From assembly GCA_049314435.1 (NCBI GenBank), contig JBMOFD010000015.1, positions 1 to 29,269 on the forward strand: DNA of 29,269 nt, given 5' to 3'. The DNA is from Chlamydiia bacterium. Its GTDB lineage: Bacteria; Chlamydiota; Chlamydiia; Chlamydiales; JBMOFD01. How positions within the stretch are numbered: the first letter of the stretch is position 1; every line of letters begins with the position of its first letter. A program made the position numbers and the translations under genes. The notes below the pieces were generated by a model. That model had not been told where the DNA came from, made no database searches, and saw only the letters and a list, made by a program, of their open reading frames with translations. Below are positions 9,101-16,391 of the stretch, one piece after another.

Positions 9101-10104
9101 GGCAAACGTTCATCTCTACAAGTACTAGGTTCATGGAATGTGCGCGTTCTCTGGAGCAGGGAATGGGTGACTTCGTAAGGGCTCACGCGGGAACGTGGCT
9201 CACGGCTTACTGCCAAGTTGAATGCGCCCAGCCAAGACCAGTGGAACTCCCAGAAGGCCTGCTCGACCAGCTAGAGTTCCGTGTTGCAGAGGGCCAAGCC
9301 TCAGACGTAAATAGTCGAAGGGGGCACTCCTCTCGTAGCGAGCCTGTTCGAGCTGTCAGGGTCTCCCCAGACGATCTGATCTGCCTACTCAGCGCGCATC
9401 CTGACAACCGTCCCTTTGTTCTTCCCGACCGTTTGGTGGGGGGCCTGGTTGAAACCCTTCTGACAGCACGTGCCAATCCGCCCCGCCGTGAAGCTGATGA
9501 GCTAGGCTACAACAAGCGGATGCAGCATCTGCTGAAGATCCTGGGCCGGTGCCCATGGCACCAGGTTGTTAGGTGTGCCCCGACGGAGGACCTCCGCAAA
9601 ATCTCAAACGAGGACTGCGCAGCCATAGGCTGGGATCGGCAGCAGCCCGTCGGTGAAAGGGAGCTTTCGCCCTATACTGTGCGTGATCTGAAATTCCTGT
9701 CGCAGAAGGCAACAGCCTCCGAGCACTTCCGCAATATCCTATGGAAGATCCCAGTGCAGGAGCTGGCCAGGCTTAAGCTACTGGATGGCTGCGACCTCTC
9801 CAAAGAGCAAGTACGCAACCTCTCCCTAGCTCAGCAATTCACACTCCTGCCAAATGCCAGCCTGCGCAAATGCAGTTTGGTCAACAAGATAGCCCTCTGG
9901 ACAGCGCTCATTCCCGTCGAAATCGTGGGTGTGCCCATCAGCCTAGCGATGTACGTGGTGCTGGGCTTGCCTATCTCGGTGATGGGCCGCTGGGGAGAAG
10001 GTAGTGAGCGCATCTGGAAGGAATGCGTCCACACATGGAATCTGCTCTTCCCATTGCAAGCCCTACCCTGCCTGCTGCCCACCTGGTGGCGCAATAGAGG
10101 CTAA
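6172..10104 (+). CDS. large F-box domain protein, candidate secreted effector
   Basis: Residues ~34-76 (SLADLPDEIVTTIKIFLPLRDIRSLAGADRRF...DDRFW) fit the F-box consensus. Ser-rich N-terminus and C-terminal hydrophobic stretch. Confidence 0.8.
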   Translation: MISRSKEASSEALSQRSAAPSSSCSAAPRERIYSLADLPDEIVTTIKIFLPLRDIRSLAGADRRFLACCIDDRFWIKALNNEGKQKAETVEEGKAYPPGAWQIFLHHPELRALPSWIVPPPVVVPAEEVDANDAPLAEAQLPTVVQPGGLSPLRTDKHLYILECAKTQRVVEAHVLSRLNELRQAAGLTPYLSAAQRAIRAIRLAQPDFSHPALQTLLVTQAIEIRDLLTCVPQKEDLLALQIPVVWKILVDGPTKQTKDMSQLESQAAGMAITHKTAALEWAQGRAAPGLQQDPGAYVLAAHVAYGVLLDWLTKALQIDLAPIPFNELPTAQTGFAARTRLLFSHRVLALLRLPVFWQLLEDPEAFVMERYEGEAGPPGWKDALPSRTQALDALLSASIHVEDGQGTYLNKISVLGSLVRDGSLIPKLRRRYEHLEDRTQTYYAWEQAGLPIPQWEIVLTTRDAGQGPVPHVPPHPTRGVGRPDTYLENTTAYAAYRNGDLSLSQLTALDYDHLKLIASPCGRAWVNCGVPINWIELSSQFRGRTTQQNVGSSTEPSGHDSLEQMNRTIEVFQHRKLAALVEAKNLHPSQLLRLCQPMHREGWPIAYLEALCDIVTPELADTVIDSWPPYLDRTVLGSKELAQLYSKNLISLEQWVTLARGKSQPAIQYFLKPSVQHALENGSIQAEDVFEWPIELDFGVLDDWTNDELLKDWKLTPSQILELASLNRDDTKQHLVSLCVKRALHDLGLAEWSRFDQTGQPLWLGQHKSPILIALNSIVMRRLMDWGMLPIDEVYKLGRQPGRCTFQLLACPLVLAAIDHALGVAKGSDWVVTPSAPQIDAIRQIVTSVLAWNPDEGTLPPAEVTDDETMATLVREGLLPFGSTPHLSRDNAAKLKMPLAGFAMRTLGLTWDATLDQLRHAGTYLCDRSGFEAPLQAGLCTLREVGTSGPNLANLAGLFPRWANTWQGLKAQGVTWQTFISTSTRFMECARSLEQGMGDFVRAHAGTWLTAYCQVECAQPRPVELPEGLLDQLEFRVAEGQASDVNSRRGHSSRSEPVRAVRVSPDDLICLLSAHPDNRPFVLPDRLVGGLVETLLTARANPPRREADELGYNKRMQHLLKILGRCPWHQVVRCAPTEDLRKISNEDCAAIGWDRQQPVGERELSPYTVRDLKFLSQKATASEHFRNILWKIPVQELARLKLLDGCDLSKEQVRNLSLAQQFTLLPNASLRKCSLVNKIALWTALIPVEIVGVPISLAMYVVLGLPISVMGRWGEGSERIWKECVHTWNLLFPLQALPCLLPTWWRNRG

Positions 10105-10122
10105 GGCCTTTTGATGAGGACC

Positions 10123-10171
10123 TCCTACACTACGCGGATCACGATCACATTGTGATCCGCGTAGTGTAGGA
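10123..10171. repeat. perfect 20-bp inverted repeat
   Basis: TCCTACACTACGCGGATCAC (10123-10142) / GTGATCCGCGTAGTGTAGGA (10152-10171). No 3' U-tract on either strand. Confidence 0.9.
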
Positions 10172-10273
10172 AAGCAGCGCCATTCCGCTCCCCCTTCCGC
10201 CTGAGTTCAAATATCTCTTGCCTGACCACGTCCGGTTCGCCTATATCGCTGTTAGTTGGACGACAGGCGCACC

Positions 10274-10936
10274 ATGGCAGGACGAACACTCGAACAGAAG
10301 CTCGTGTTGGGGTCAGTGACCATTCTGACCCTCATCACTGTTTATCTGTTTGGCTTCTGGCAACACGACCTCCCCCCCTCGATCGCCATCGATACGACGG
10401 GCCAGCCTGTCATGGGCAATCGGTTTGCACCGCTTGAGATCGTCGTCTTCCTTGATCCAAAGTGTCCCGTATGTCGCGTCTTCCACCAGTCGGTCCTTCC
10501 CGAAATCTGCGAGGCCTACGTCACACCCAACTACGCTAGGGTCTGCTTCATCCCGATCACCTTTTTGTCAGGAGCCCGCCCGGCAGGTATGGCTCTCCTC
10601 GAGGTGTACCACCAGAATCCCGACCTCTTCTTTCACTTTTTAGAGGACCTGTATGCCGAGCAAGGGCTTGAAGAGGATGACTGGTGCACACCAGACTTTC
10701 TAAAACACATCGCGTCTGAAGTCGCTGGTGTCGATGCCGACGCCGTCTATGAGGCGATCATCTCGGCCAAGTACTCAGCCACTCTGGACCACAACCTCTC
10801 GATCGCCCTGGACATCATGCATGGACAAGTCCTCACACCCAGCGTCTTCGTGGAGGGCATGCCGGTGCGGGAGCCGACCTTTGACTCCATTGAAGATCTC
10901 TGCGAGCGAACGCTCGATGCTTACGGAGTACACTGA
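10274..10936 (+). CDS. membrane-anchored DsbA/DsbG-family thiol:disulfide oxidoreductase
   Basis: N-terminal TM, GQPVMGN..AP, DPKCPVC active site and cis-Pro TP. ATG 10274 preferred over TTG 10256. Coupled to dsbB. Confidence 0.88.
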   Translation: MAGRTLEQKLVLGSVTILTLITVYLFGFWQHDLPPSIAIDTTGQPVMGNRFAPLEIVVFLDPKCPVCRVFHQSVLPEICEAYVTPNYARVCFIPITFLSGARPAGMALLEVYHQNPDLFFHFLEDLYAEQGLEEDDWCTPDFLKHIASEVAGVDADAVYEAIISAKYSATLDHNLSIALDIMHGQVLTPSVFVEGMPVREPTFDSIEDLCERTLDAYGVH

Positions 10937-11370
10937 TGCGTGACTGGCTCTACCGCTTTGGACTCTATTTTGCTTGGTTCCTCGCTACGATCGCCACTAT
11001 AGGCAGCCTATTCTTCAGCGATGTCCTCTACTTCGAACCCTGTTCACTCTGCTGGTATCAGAGGATCTGCCTCTTCCCGTTGGCGATCATTCTAGGCTTA
11101 GCCGCGTACGATAAGAATCACTATGTCGTTCGCTATGTCCTCCCTCTACCCATCCTCGGATCCCTGTTTGCCCTCTACCAGATCCTGCAACAGCGCATCC
11201 CAGGATTCAGCCCCATCAATCTCTGCGGAGCTGGCCCACATTGCGATGAAGACCCTCTGATGCTCTTCGGGTTCCTCTCCATTGCCATGCTGGCATTCGC
11301 TGGATTCCTCGCCGTAACCTTCTTCCTCGTCTGCGCCCGACCACGAGCTGAGAAAAAACGAACTCGATGA
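10936..11370 (+). CDS. dsbB: disulfide bond formation protein B (BdbC type)
   Basis: GSLFFS, PCSLCWYQRICLFPL, second Cys pair and four TM segments. Confidence 0.93.
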   Translation: MRDWLYRFGLYFAWFLATIATIGSLFFSDVLYFEPCSLCWYQRICLFPLAIILGLAAYDKNHYVVRYVLPLPILGSLFALYQILQQRIPGFSPINLCGAGPHCDEDPLMLFGFLSIAMLAFAGFLAVTFFLVCARPRAEKKRTR

Positions 11371-11428
11371 GCTGGAGCTCCGCTCCAGGCCTCAGCCGGA
11401 GGATGAAATCCTCCGGACCACCTACATG
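11371..11428 (-). repeat. intergenic hairpin repeat, copy 1 (two hairpins)
   Basis: Minus strand: CATGT AGGTGGTC CGGAGGAT-ttc-ATCCTCCG G CTGAGGCC TGGAGC-gga-GCTCCA G. Confidence 0.75.
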
Positions 11429-11447
11429 GAAAGATCTTGGCTTACAC

Positions 11448-11506
11448 CATATAGGGGGGGGTTGGGGGACAATAGTCTCCCAGCGGGGTGTGGGGCAAAG
11501 CCCCAT
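11448..11506 (+). repeat. intergenic hairpin repeat, copy 2 (two hairpins)
   Basis: CATAT AGGGGGGGGT TGGGGGAC-aata-GTCTCCCA G CGGGGTG TGGGGC-aaa-GCCCCA. Confidence 0.65.
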
Positions 11507-11537
11507 AAAAGAAAAAGGGCCGTCTGACGACGGCCCT
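11507..11537 (-). terminator. intrinsic terminator of tRNA-Ser
   Basis: Minus strand AGGGCCGTC-gtca-GACGGCCCT followed by TTTTCTTTT, just 3' of the tRNA. Confidence 0.85.
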
Positions 11538-11542
11538 GAAGA

Positions 11543-11630
11543 CGGAGGAGGTGGGATTCGAACCCACGGGACGCTTTCGCGACACACACGCTTTCCAAGC
11601 GAGCTCCTTAAGCCACTCAGACACTCCTCC
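11543..11630 (-). tRNA. tRNA-Ser (GGA)
   Basis: GGAGGAG/CTCCTCC acceptor stem, D-loop AGTGGCTTA, anticodon loop TT-GGA-AA, long variable arm, GGTTCGAATCC and discriminator G. CCA is not encoded. Confidence 0.95.
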
Positions 11631-11645
11631 ACGGAAGACCCCAAC

Positions 11646-11674
11646 AGTCTACAGCTCTCTCCCTTCCAACTCAA
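11646..11674 (-). promoter_or_regulatory. putative sigma70/66 promoter of tRNA-Ser
   Basis: TTGAGT-17 nt-TAGACT, 15 nt upstream of the tRNA 5' end. Confidence 0.55.
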
Positions 11675-11797
11675 TCTGTAAAAAATTGGTTTCATTGCTG
11701 CGGCATGAGGCGATCTAGACTTTTGGGTGGAGGCAATGTAAGAATCGTGTCCGTGGGAGCGCTCCTTAGGGTGAGCTCATCTTGATAGGGGAACACC

Positions 11798-12103
11798 ATG
11801 CAACACATCTCAGCAAAGACCTGTTTAGCCGTCATGGTCACAGGGAGTATTCTCGCCCTCCTGTGTAGTAGTGCAGGACATGCTGCGCCGAGTCATTGCA
11901 CTGAGGGCAAATGTTCCGATTGTCAGTTTTGCAGCTTAGCAGTGCCCGCCTGCGCGATGGGCGATGCCTGCCCCGCCGTAACGCAAACTCCCGAGGAGGT
12001 CGTGCTGCCTGATGAGGAGCTGACCTGCCCCATCGCAATCGAGCTCTCCGGCGGTCCCAATGACGAGGTGAACGCCCTACCACAAGCTAGCCCCACGCCG
12101 TGA
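11798..12103 (+). CDS. small cysteine-rich exported hypothetical protein
   Basis: AGGGG SD, signal-peptide-like N-terminus ending GHA|A, 9 Cys and acidic tail. 4-bp GTGA overlap with pgeF. Confidence 0.6.
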   Translation: MQHISAKTCLAVMVTGSILALLCSSAGHAAPSHCTEGKCSDCQFCSLAVPACAMGDACPAVTQTPEEVVLPDEELTCPIAIELSGGPNDEVNALPQASPTP

Positions 12104-12891
12104 TTCCTTATTGGACGTCGCGCCAACTTCAGGACCTTCCTGAAATCGGGCATGCCTTTTTCTCTCGAGAGACGGGAAGAAAAACGGATGAATGGGGACT
12201 CGATCTGTCGAGTCCCGTCGATGACCAAGAGACGCGGAATCCGCATTTCGATGAGGTTGAACGGCACTGTCGAGCGCCCTTAGCCTGGACCCATCAAGTT
12301 CATGGAACGCGTGTCCTAGAAGCGACAACGCCTGGAAAAGTGGGAGACGCTGATGCTCTCTACACACGAGAACCCGGGCTTGCTCTCCTGATCAGGAATG
12401 CGGACTGTTTGCCTCTGCTCATGGTGGACACGCGACAGCACCTCATTGGAGCTGTACATGCCGGATGGCGAGGCCTCGTTCGTGGTGTCATCCCTACCTT
12501 CTTCCACGAACTGCGGGATCTCTGGGATCCACTCCATACCCGAGTCGCCATTGGTCCCTCTCTTGGACCTCAGTCGGCTCAGTTCCTTCGCTTTCGCGAT
12601 GAACTTCCCGAATGGGCCTGGGCCTTTCGCTGCGACCCTCCCCATCAACCACAAACCGCGTGGACCGCGTCGATCCAGGAGGAGCGGGTCAGTTCTCCCC
12701 CTCTGGAGGGGCCGCGGTTCGATCTCTGGGCCATCGCCTGTCATCAGCTGATCGAGGCAGGTGTTCCTGCATCGTCCATTGAGGTTTTAGGCATCGATAC
12801 GTTCAGGGATCCGCGGTTCTTCAGCTACCGACGTCGCGTCGGATCGGAATATGGCTGCAATGGCTCGGCGATCTGGCTGAAGCCGGAGTGA
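12100..12891 (+). CDS. pgeF: PgeF/YfiH (laccase-domain) family protein
   Basis: HQVHG, DADALYT, NADCLPL, AVHAGWRG, IGPSLG, FDLW and FFSYRR motifs. Confidence 0.88.
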   Translation: MIPYWTSRQLQDLPEIGHAFFSRETGRKTDEWGLDLSSPVDDQETRNPHFDEVERHCRAPLAWTHQVHGTRVLEATTPGKVGDADALYTREPGLALLIRNADCLPLLMVDTRQHLIGAVHAGWRGLVRGVIPTFFHELRDLWDPLHTRVAIGPSLGPQSAQFLRFRDELPEWAWAFRCDPPHQPQTAWTASIQEERVSSPPLEGPRFDLWAIACHQLIEAGVPASSIEVLGIDTFRDPRFFSYRRRVGSEYGCNGSAIWLKPE

Positions 12892-12900
12892 GGAAGACTG

Positions 12901-12933
12901 CTGGAGGGTTTCACCCTCCAGACCTCCCACATG
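12901..12933 (-). repeat. intergenic hairpin repeat, copy 3 (first hairpin only)
   Basis: Minus strand: CATGT GGGAGGTC TGGAGGGT-gaa-ACCCTCCA G. Lies between convergent genes. Confidence 0.75.
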
Positions 12934-12935
12934 AT

Positions 12936-15326
12936 TCAGAGTGGAGAAAGGCCCCACACCTCTTGGATGCGCCTTGCTAGCTGAGCCCCCAGACCAGATT
13001 CCAACGCATCAAACATACGGATTAATCCAGGCAGTTCGCCCGCCCCTCGAGACAATGGTTCCAATTGGCAAGTCCAGTCATCAGCGGGGGCCACTCTCTG
13101 CTTGGCCTCCTGCAGCTCTTTGAACAAACGAAAGATCGATTCTCTTTGGGCCAGTGCACAACACCCCTCTCGCTCTAAGCGCCTATTCAACCACGCTCTG
13201 GAGATGGATTGCTGGCCACAAGCCTCTCTCCATAGACGAATGGCTACAGCCATAGGATCTCTGAGGGAAGGTCTCTCATCTCGGGCATGACAAATCACCA
13301 CCTCAGAAATCACGCTGGCAGGGATGGGGATGATGGGCCCCATGCGCCCCACTTCACGAAGAAGAAGATCAGCCACTCTTGTGCGCACGGCCTGCAGTTC
13401 ATCATCTCCCGGGACCTCCTGGCGACCCAGGTGATACAGCGCGGCGATCCTGCTAAAACAGCTATCCACACAGGGCCTAAAGTGGTCCTGTGCATAACTA
13501 GGCCCGACTTTCTGCATCCATTCGGTTGTTGCAGAGGTCGTCGCCTCATCTTCTAATCGACGATCAAGGAGTGCTCTTCCCCAGGGCCTCTCGTCATCTG
13601 CCTGGTGACTGAAAGCAGCCATTCCCCTGGCCGCCGCCACATTGAGTGCCAGAGACTCCTTCCGACTACGTAGACCCACCTGATCGATGAATGTCTGATA
13701 CATCTGCAGAGGCCAATGTTTGGCCAGGAGTTGCAGCAGCGGCTGTATCCCCTCGGGGCTATAATCCCTCTCTTGATCCGGAACGAGCCTAGCCAGACGC
13801 GGCCCTACAAAGACCCACTGTTCAGGGTTGAACTGTGGCATGCGATTGTTTCTCAGGCAGGCACGCATCCACCGTTCTAGACTCTCTCTTCTGCGAATCT
13901 GCAAATCTTCTTCACCGGCCAAGGATTTGACCGCCTCCACAAAGGGCGTCATCAGAAGAGGCATGATGATCACACCTGCCGGATGAACGACACAGCGACC
14001 GTCCTCGTGAATCCCTTTGAACCCAAGAGTTGGCTGCGTCTCCGAGCTATGCAACATGCGATGACAGGCCATCAGTCGTATCGATTTCCCTCCATGCATA
14101 ACGATGAGTCCATTCGCCTTCTCGGCACTGCCAGGCAGCGATATCGATGGCTCATCAAGCCGATGGATCGCATAGGGCACTCCTCCACCCAGCTGACCCT
14201 GCTCGATGATCTCACCGGCCCAGATCTCCGGCCAGCCCGCTTCAGCCGGAATAGGAAAGACCGGCTTTGTGTAGGGACCCGCTGGCATGCCCTGCAGAAG
14301 AGTTGTCGTCATGCTGGCCTCCCAAGCCCACATGGGGAAGGATGGCTGCCTCTCACCAGTAAGTCTGGACGCTTCCTGTATCAATACTTCGATCACAGGA
14401 TCATCATGACGGCGACCATCTAGAAGGCGCTTTTTAAGCGTCTGGAAGGTTTCAAAGAGGGTCGGATCGATCGGAGGCGCCGCCTGCCCACGAAGAGCCC
14501 TCAAGGCAAACTCAAACCAAGCATGAAAGGGTGGGACGTCACCGTAGCTGATGGCCGTCAGAAGAGGCAGCATAGCCCTCTTGCAACGGGCACGCAGCCT
14601 GGCTCGTTCGTTCATATCGAGAAGAGCGTGCTGAATCTCAGACGCAGAGTATTCATGATCCCATTCTGAACTGTCGCGCAGGGCTTTCTTGGTATTCAGC
14701 ACAGGGATTCGACGTTCGTCCTCTCTGCCCCTCCAATAGGGATCTGGAGTAGAAGAGGGCTTCTCACAGACAGCCAGCTCCTGCATCAAACAAGCCACTT
14801 GCTCCGTCCATGAACGACACTCCTCCCCATCAAACCAGGAACTGAATTCCTGCTCCGCCACCCGCATCACCTCATAGAGCCCTCTCCAGCGCTGAAACTG
14901 CACTTCCATCCTATGATCATAGTGAAATGAGCTCTTCCACGATTGCTCGACCTCAGCACAGTACCCATCCAGAGCATGCAGGAGGCTTGTGATCTCGACG
15001 AGCGTAATGAGAAGATTCTTCAGGCCCAGCTCGTCATGTCTGCGACGAAAGGGCGCCGCGCGCTCCTCTGCCGGATTAGGGGCTATCCAGCGAATGCCGA
15101 TGGCGCTCACTTTCCCCAATCGGGATGACGTCATTTCGGCAAAGCCATATCGAGTCAAACTTTGAGTTGGCTCAAGGAGTACAACATCCCAACCAGCAGC
15201 CAATTCCTTAAGCGTCCTGCCCGCCGCTTGCATGCGGTCGGTGAGAGTTTGAAGAGGCTCTTTACCTTGTTGAGTGAAGTATGTGTTCCATCTCTCTATC
15301 GGCGAGGCGCTTGCTGGCTGCAACAT
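12936..15326 (-). CDS. hypothetical protein (796 aa), effector candidate
   Basis: Long ORF with AGGGAGG SD. No family confidently recognised. Confidence 0.75.
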   Translation of the reverse strand: MLQPASASPIERWNTYFTQQGKEPLQTLTDRMQAAGRTLKELAAGWDVVLLEPTQSLTRYGFAEMTSSRLGKVSAIGIRWIAPNPAEERAAPFRRRHDELGLKNLLITLVEITSLLHALDGYCAEVEQSWKSSFHYDHRMEVQFQRWRGLYEVMRVAEQEFSSWFDGEECRSWTEQVACLMQELAVCEKPSSTPDPYWRGREDERRIPVLNTKKALRDSSEWDHEYSASEIQHALLDMNERARLRARCKRAMLPLLTAISYGDVPPFHAWFEFALRALRGQAAPPIDPTLFETFQTLKKRLLDGRRHDDPVIEVLIQEASRLTGERQPSFPMWAWEASMTTTLLQGMPAGPYTKPVFPIPAEAGWPEIWAGEIIEQGQLGGGVPYAIHRLDEPSISLPGSAEKANGLIVMHGGKSIRLMACHRMLHSSETQPTLGFKGIHEDGRCVVHPAGVIIMPLLMTPFVEAVKSLAGEEDLQIRRRESLERWMRACLRNNRMPQFNPEQWVFVGPRLARLVPDQERDYSPEGIQPLLQLLAKHWPLQMYQTFIDQVGLRSRKESLALNVAAARGMAAFSHQADDERPWGRALLDRRLEDEATTSATTEWMQKVGPSYAQDHFRPCVDSCFSRIAALYHLGRQEVPGDDELQAVRTRVADLLLREVGRMGPIIPIPASVISEVVICHARDERPSLRDPMAVAIRLWREACGQQSISRAWLNRRLEREGCCALAQRESIFRLFKELQEAKQRVAPADDWTCQLEPLSRGAGELPGLIRMFDALESGLGAQLARRIQEVWGLSPL

Positions 15327-15455
15327 CGCTCAGACCCTCCCTACAAACTCTTGTTCCCATCTTTGCGATGCCTTCGACTTTCAAGCAACCAGATCGATCC
15401 ACGGCCATTGCAGCGAGCGCAGGCATCGAGCATACTGCCGACTGAAACTCCCCCC

Positions 15456-16385
15456 ATGCTCACCATGCACGCACGCAAAGGTATTCTGTTGGCTGGCGGA
15501 CACGGTTCTCGCTTGCACCCCATGACACGGGTGGTCAACAAGCAGCTCCTCGCCGTCTACAACAAGCCGATGATCTTCTATCCCCTCTCGACTCTACTGA
15601 GAGCTGGCTTGCAAGAGATCCTGATCATCACCACGGCGCAGGATCAATCGGTCTTTCAGCAACTTTTAGGTGATGGCTCTCTCTTCGGAACACGCTTCAC
15701 ATGGGCCATCCAACCGAGCCCAAAGGGGATCGCAGAAGCGCTATGTCTGGCTGAATCATTCTTGGATGGCTCACCCTCCCTGCTGATCCTAGGGGACAAC
15801 CTCTTCCACGGTCAGCCCCTTGCGCAGCAGATGGCACAAACGTGTAGCACAGAGCAAGGAGCCACCATCTTTGTACAGGAGGTGGCCGATCCAAGCCTCT
15901 ATGGCATCCTCACGATGGATCAGAGAGGCGCTCCCTTGACAATCGAGGAAAAGCCCAAGCACTCGATGAGTCGATGGGCTGTCACGGGTCTATATGGCTA
16001 TGACCGAGAGGCGCCGATGCTGGCAGCCCGCTTGCATCCCAGCCCTCGAGGAGAGCTCGAGATCTCCGACCTCAACCAACTGTACCTCGAACGCGGCGAC
16101 TTGCATGTAGAGCGTCTAAAGGGCGTGCAGTGGCTAGATACCGGCACACCAGACCATCTTCTGGCCGCGCAAACCTATGTCCAGCGCGTTGAACGAACCG
16201 GAGTCGCTGTCGGATGCCCCGAAGTCGCCGCTCTAGAAGCAGGCCTTCTGACCTGGTCGGAGTTCCTTGATCGCATCGAGATGCACCGACATGGTGCCTA
16301 TGGTCACTATCTGCAACGCATAGCAGGAGCACTGCAAGCGGCTGCGTCGAGTCGTAGCCATGTTCTCCAAACCGTGATGAGCTAA
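15456..16385 (+). CDS. rfbA: glucose-1-phosphate thymidylyltransferase
   Basis: KGILLAGGHGSRLHPMT, KQLL.VYNKPMI.YPL, LILGDN, EEKP, SPRGELEI and WLDTGT. Real start is 15456 or 15465, not 15162. Confidence 0.96.
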   Translation: MLTMHARKGILLAGGHGSRLHPMTRVVNKQLLAVYNKPMIFYPLSTLLRAGLQEILIITTAQDQSVFQQLLGDGSLFGTRFTWAIQPSPKGIAEALCLAESFLDGSPSLLILGDNLFHGQPLAQQMAQTCSTEQGATIFVQEVADPSLYGILTMDQRGAPLTIEEKPKHSMSRWAVTGLYGYDREAPMLAARLHPSPRGELEISDLNQLYLERGDLHVERLKGVQWLDTGTPDHLLAAQTYVQRVERTGVAVGCPEVAALEAGLLTWSEFLDRIEMHRHGAYGHYLQRIAGALQAAASSRSHVLQTVMS

Positions 16386-16391
16386 GCAGCC

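Noticed and set aside
11454..11461. G8 tract as a phase-variation site
   Set aside because: Intergenic between convergent genes and better explained as the G-rich leader of a repeat copy.
11216..11695. ORFs of 159, 104 and 60 aa across the tRNA and repeat region
   Set aside because: They are translations of tRNA-Ser and GC-rich repeats.
15162..15455. 98-aa N-terminal extension of RfbA
   Set aside because: It overlaps the divergent 796-aa gene, and RfbA similarity begins at KGILLAGG.
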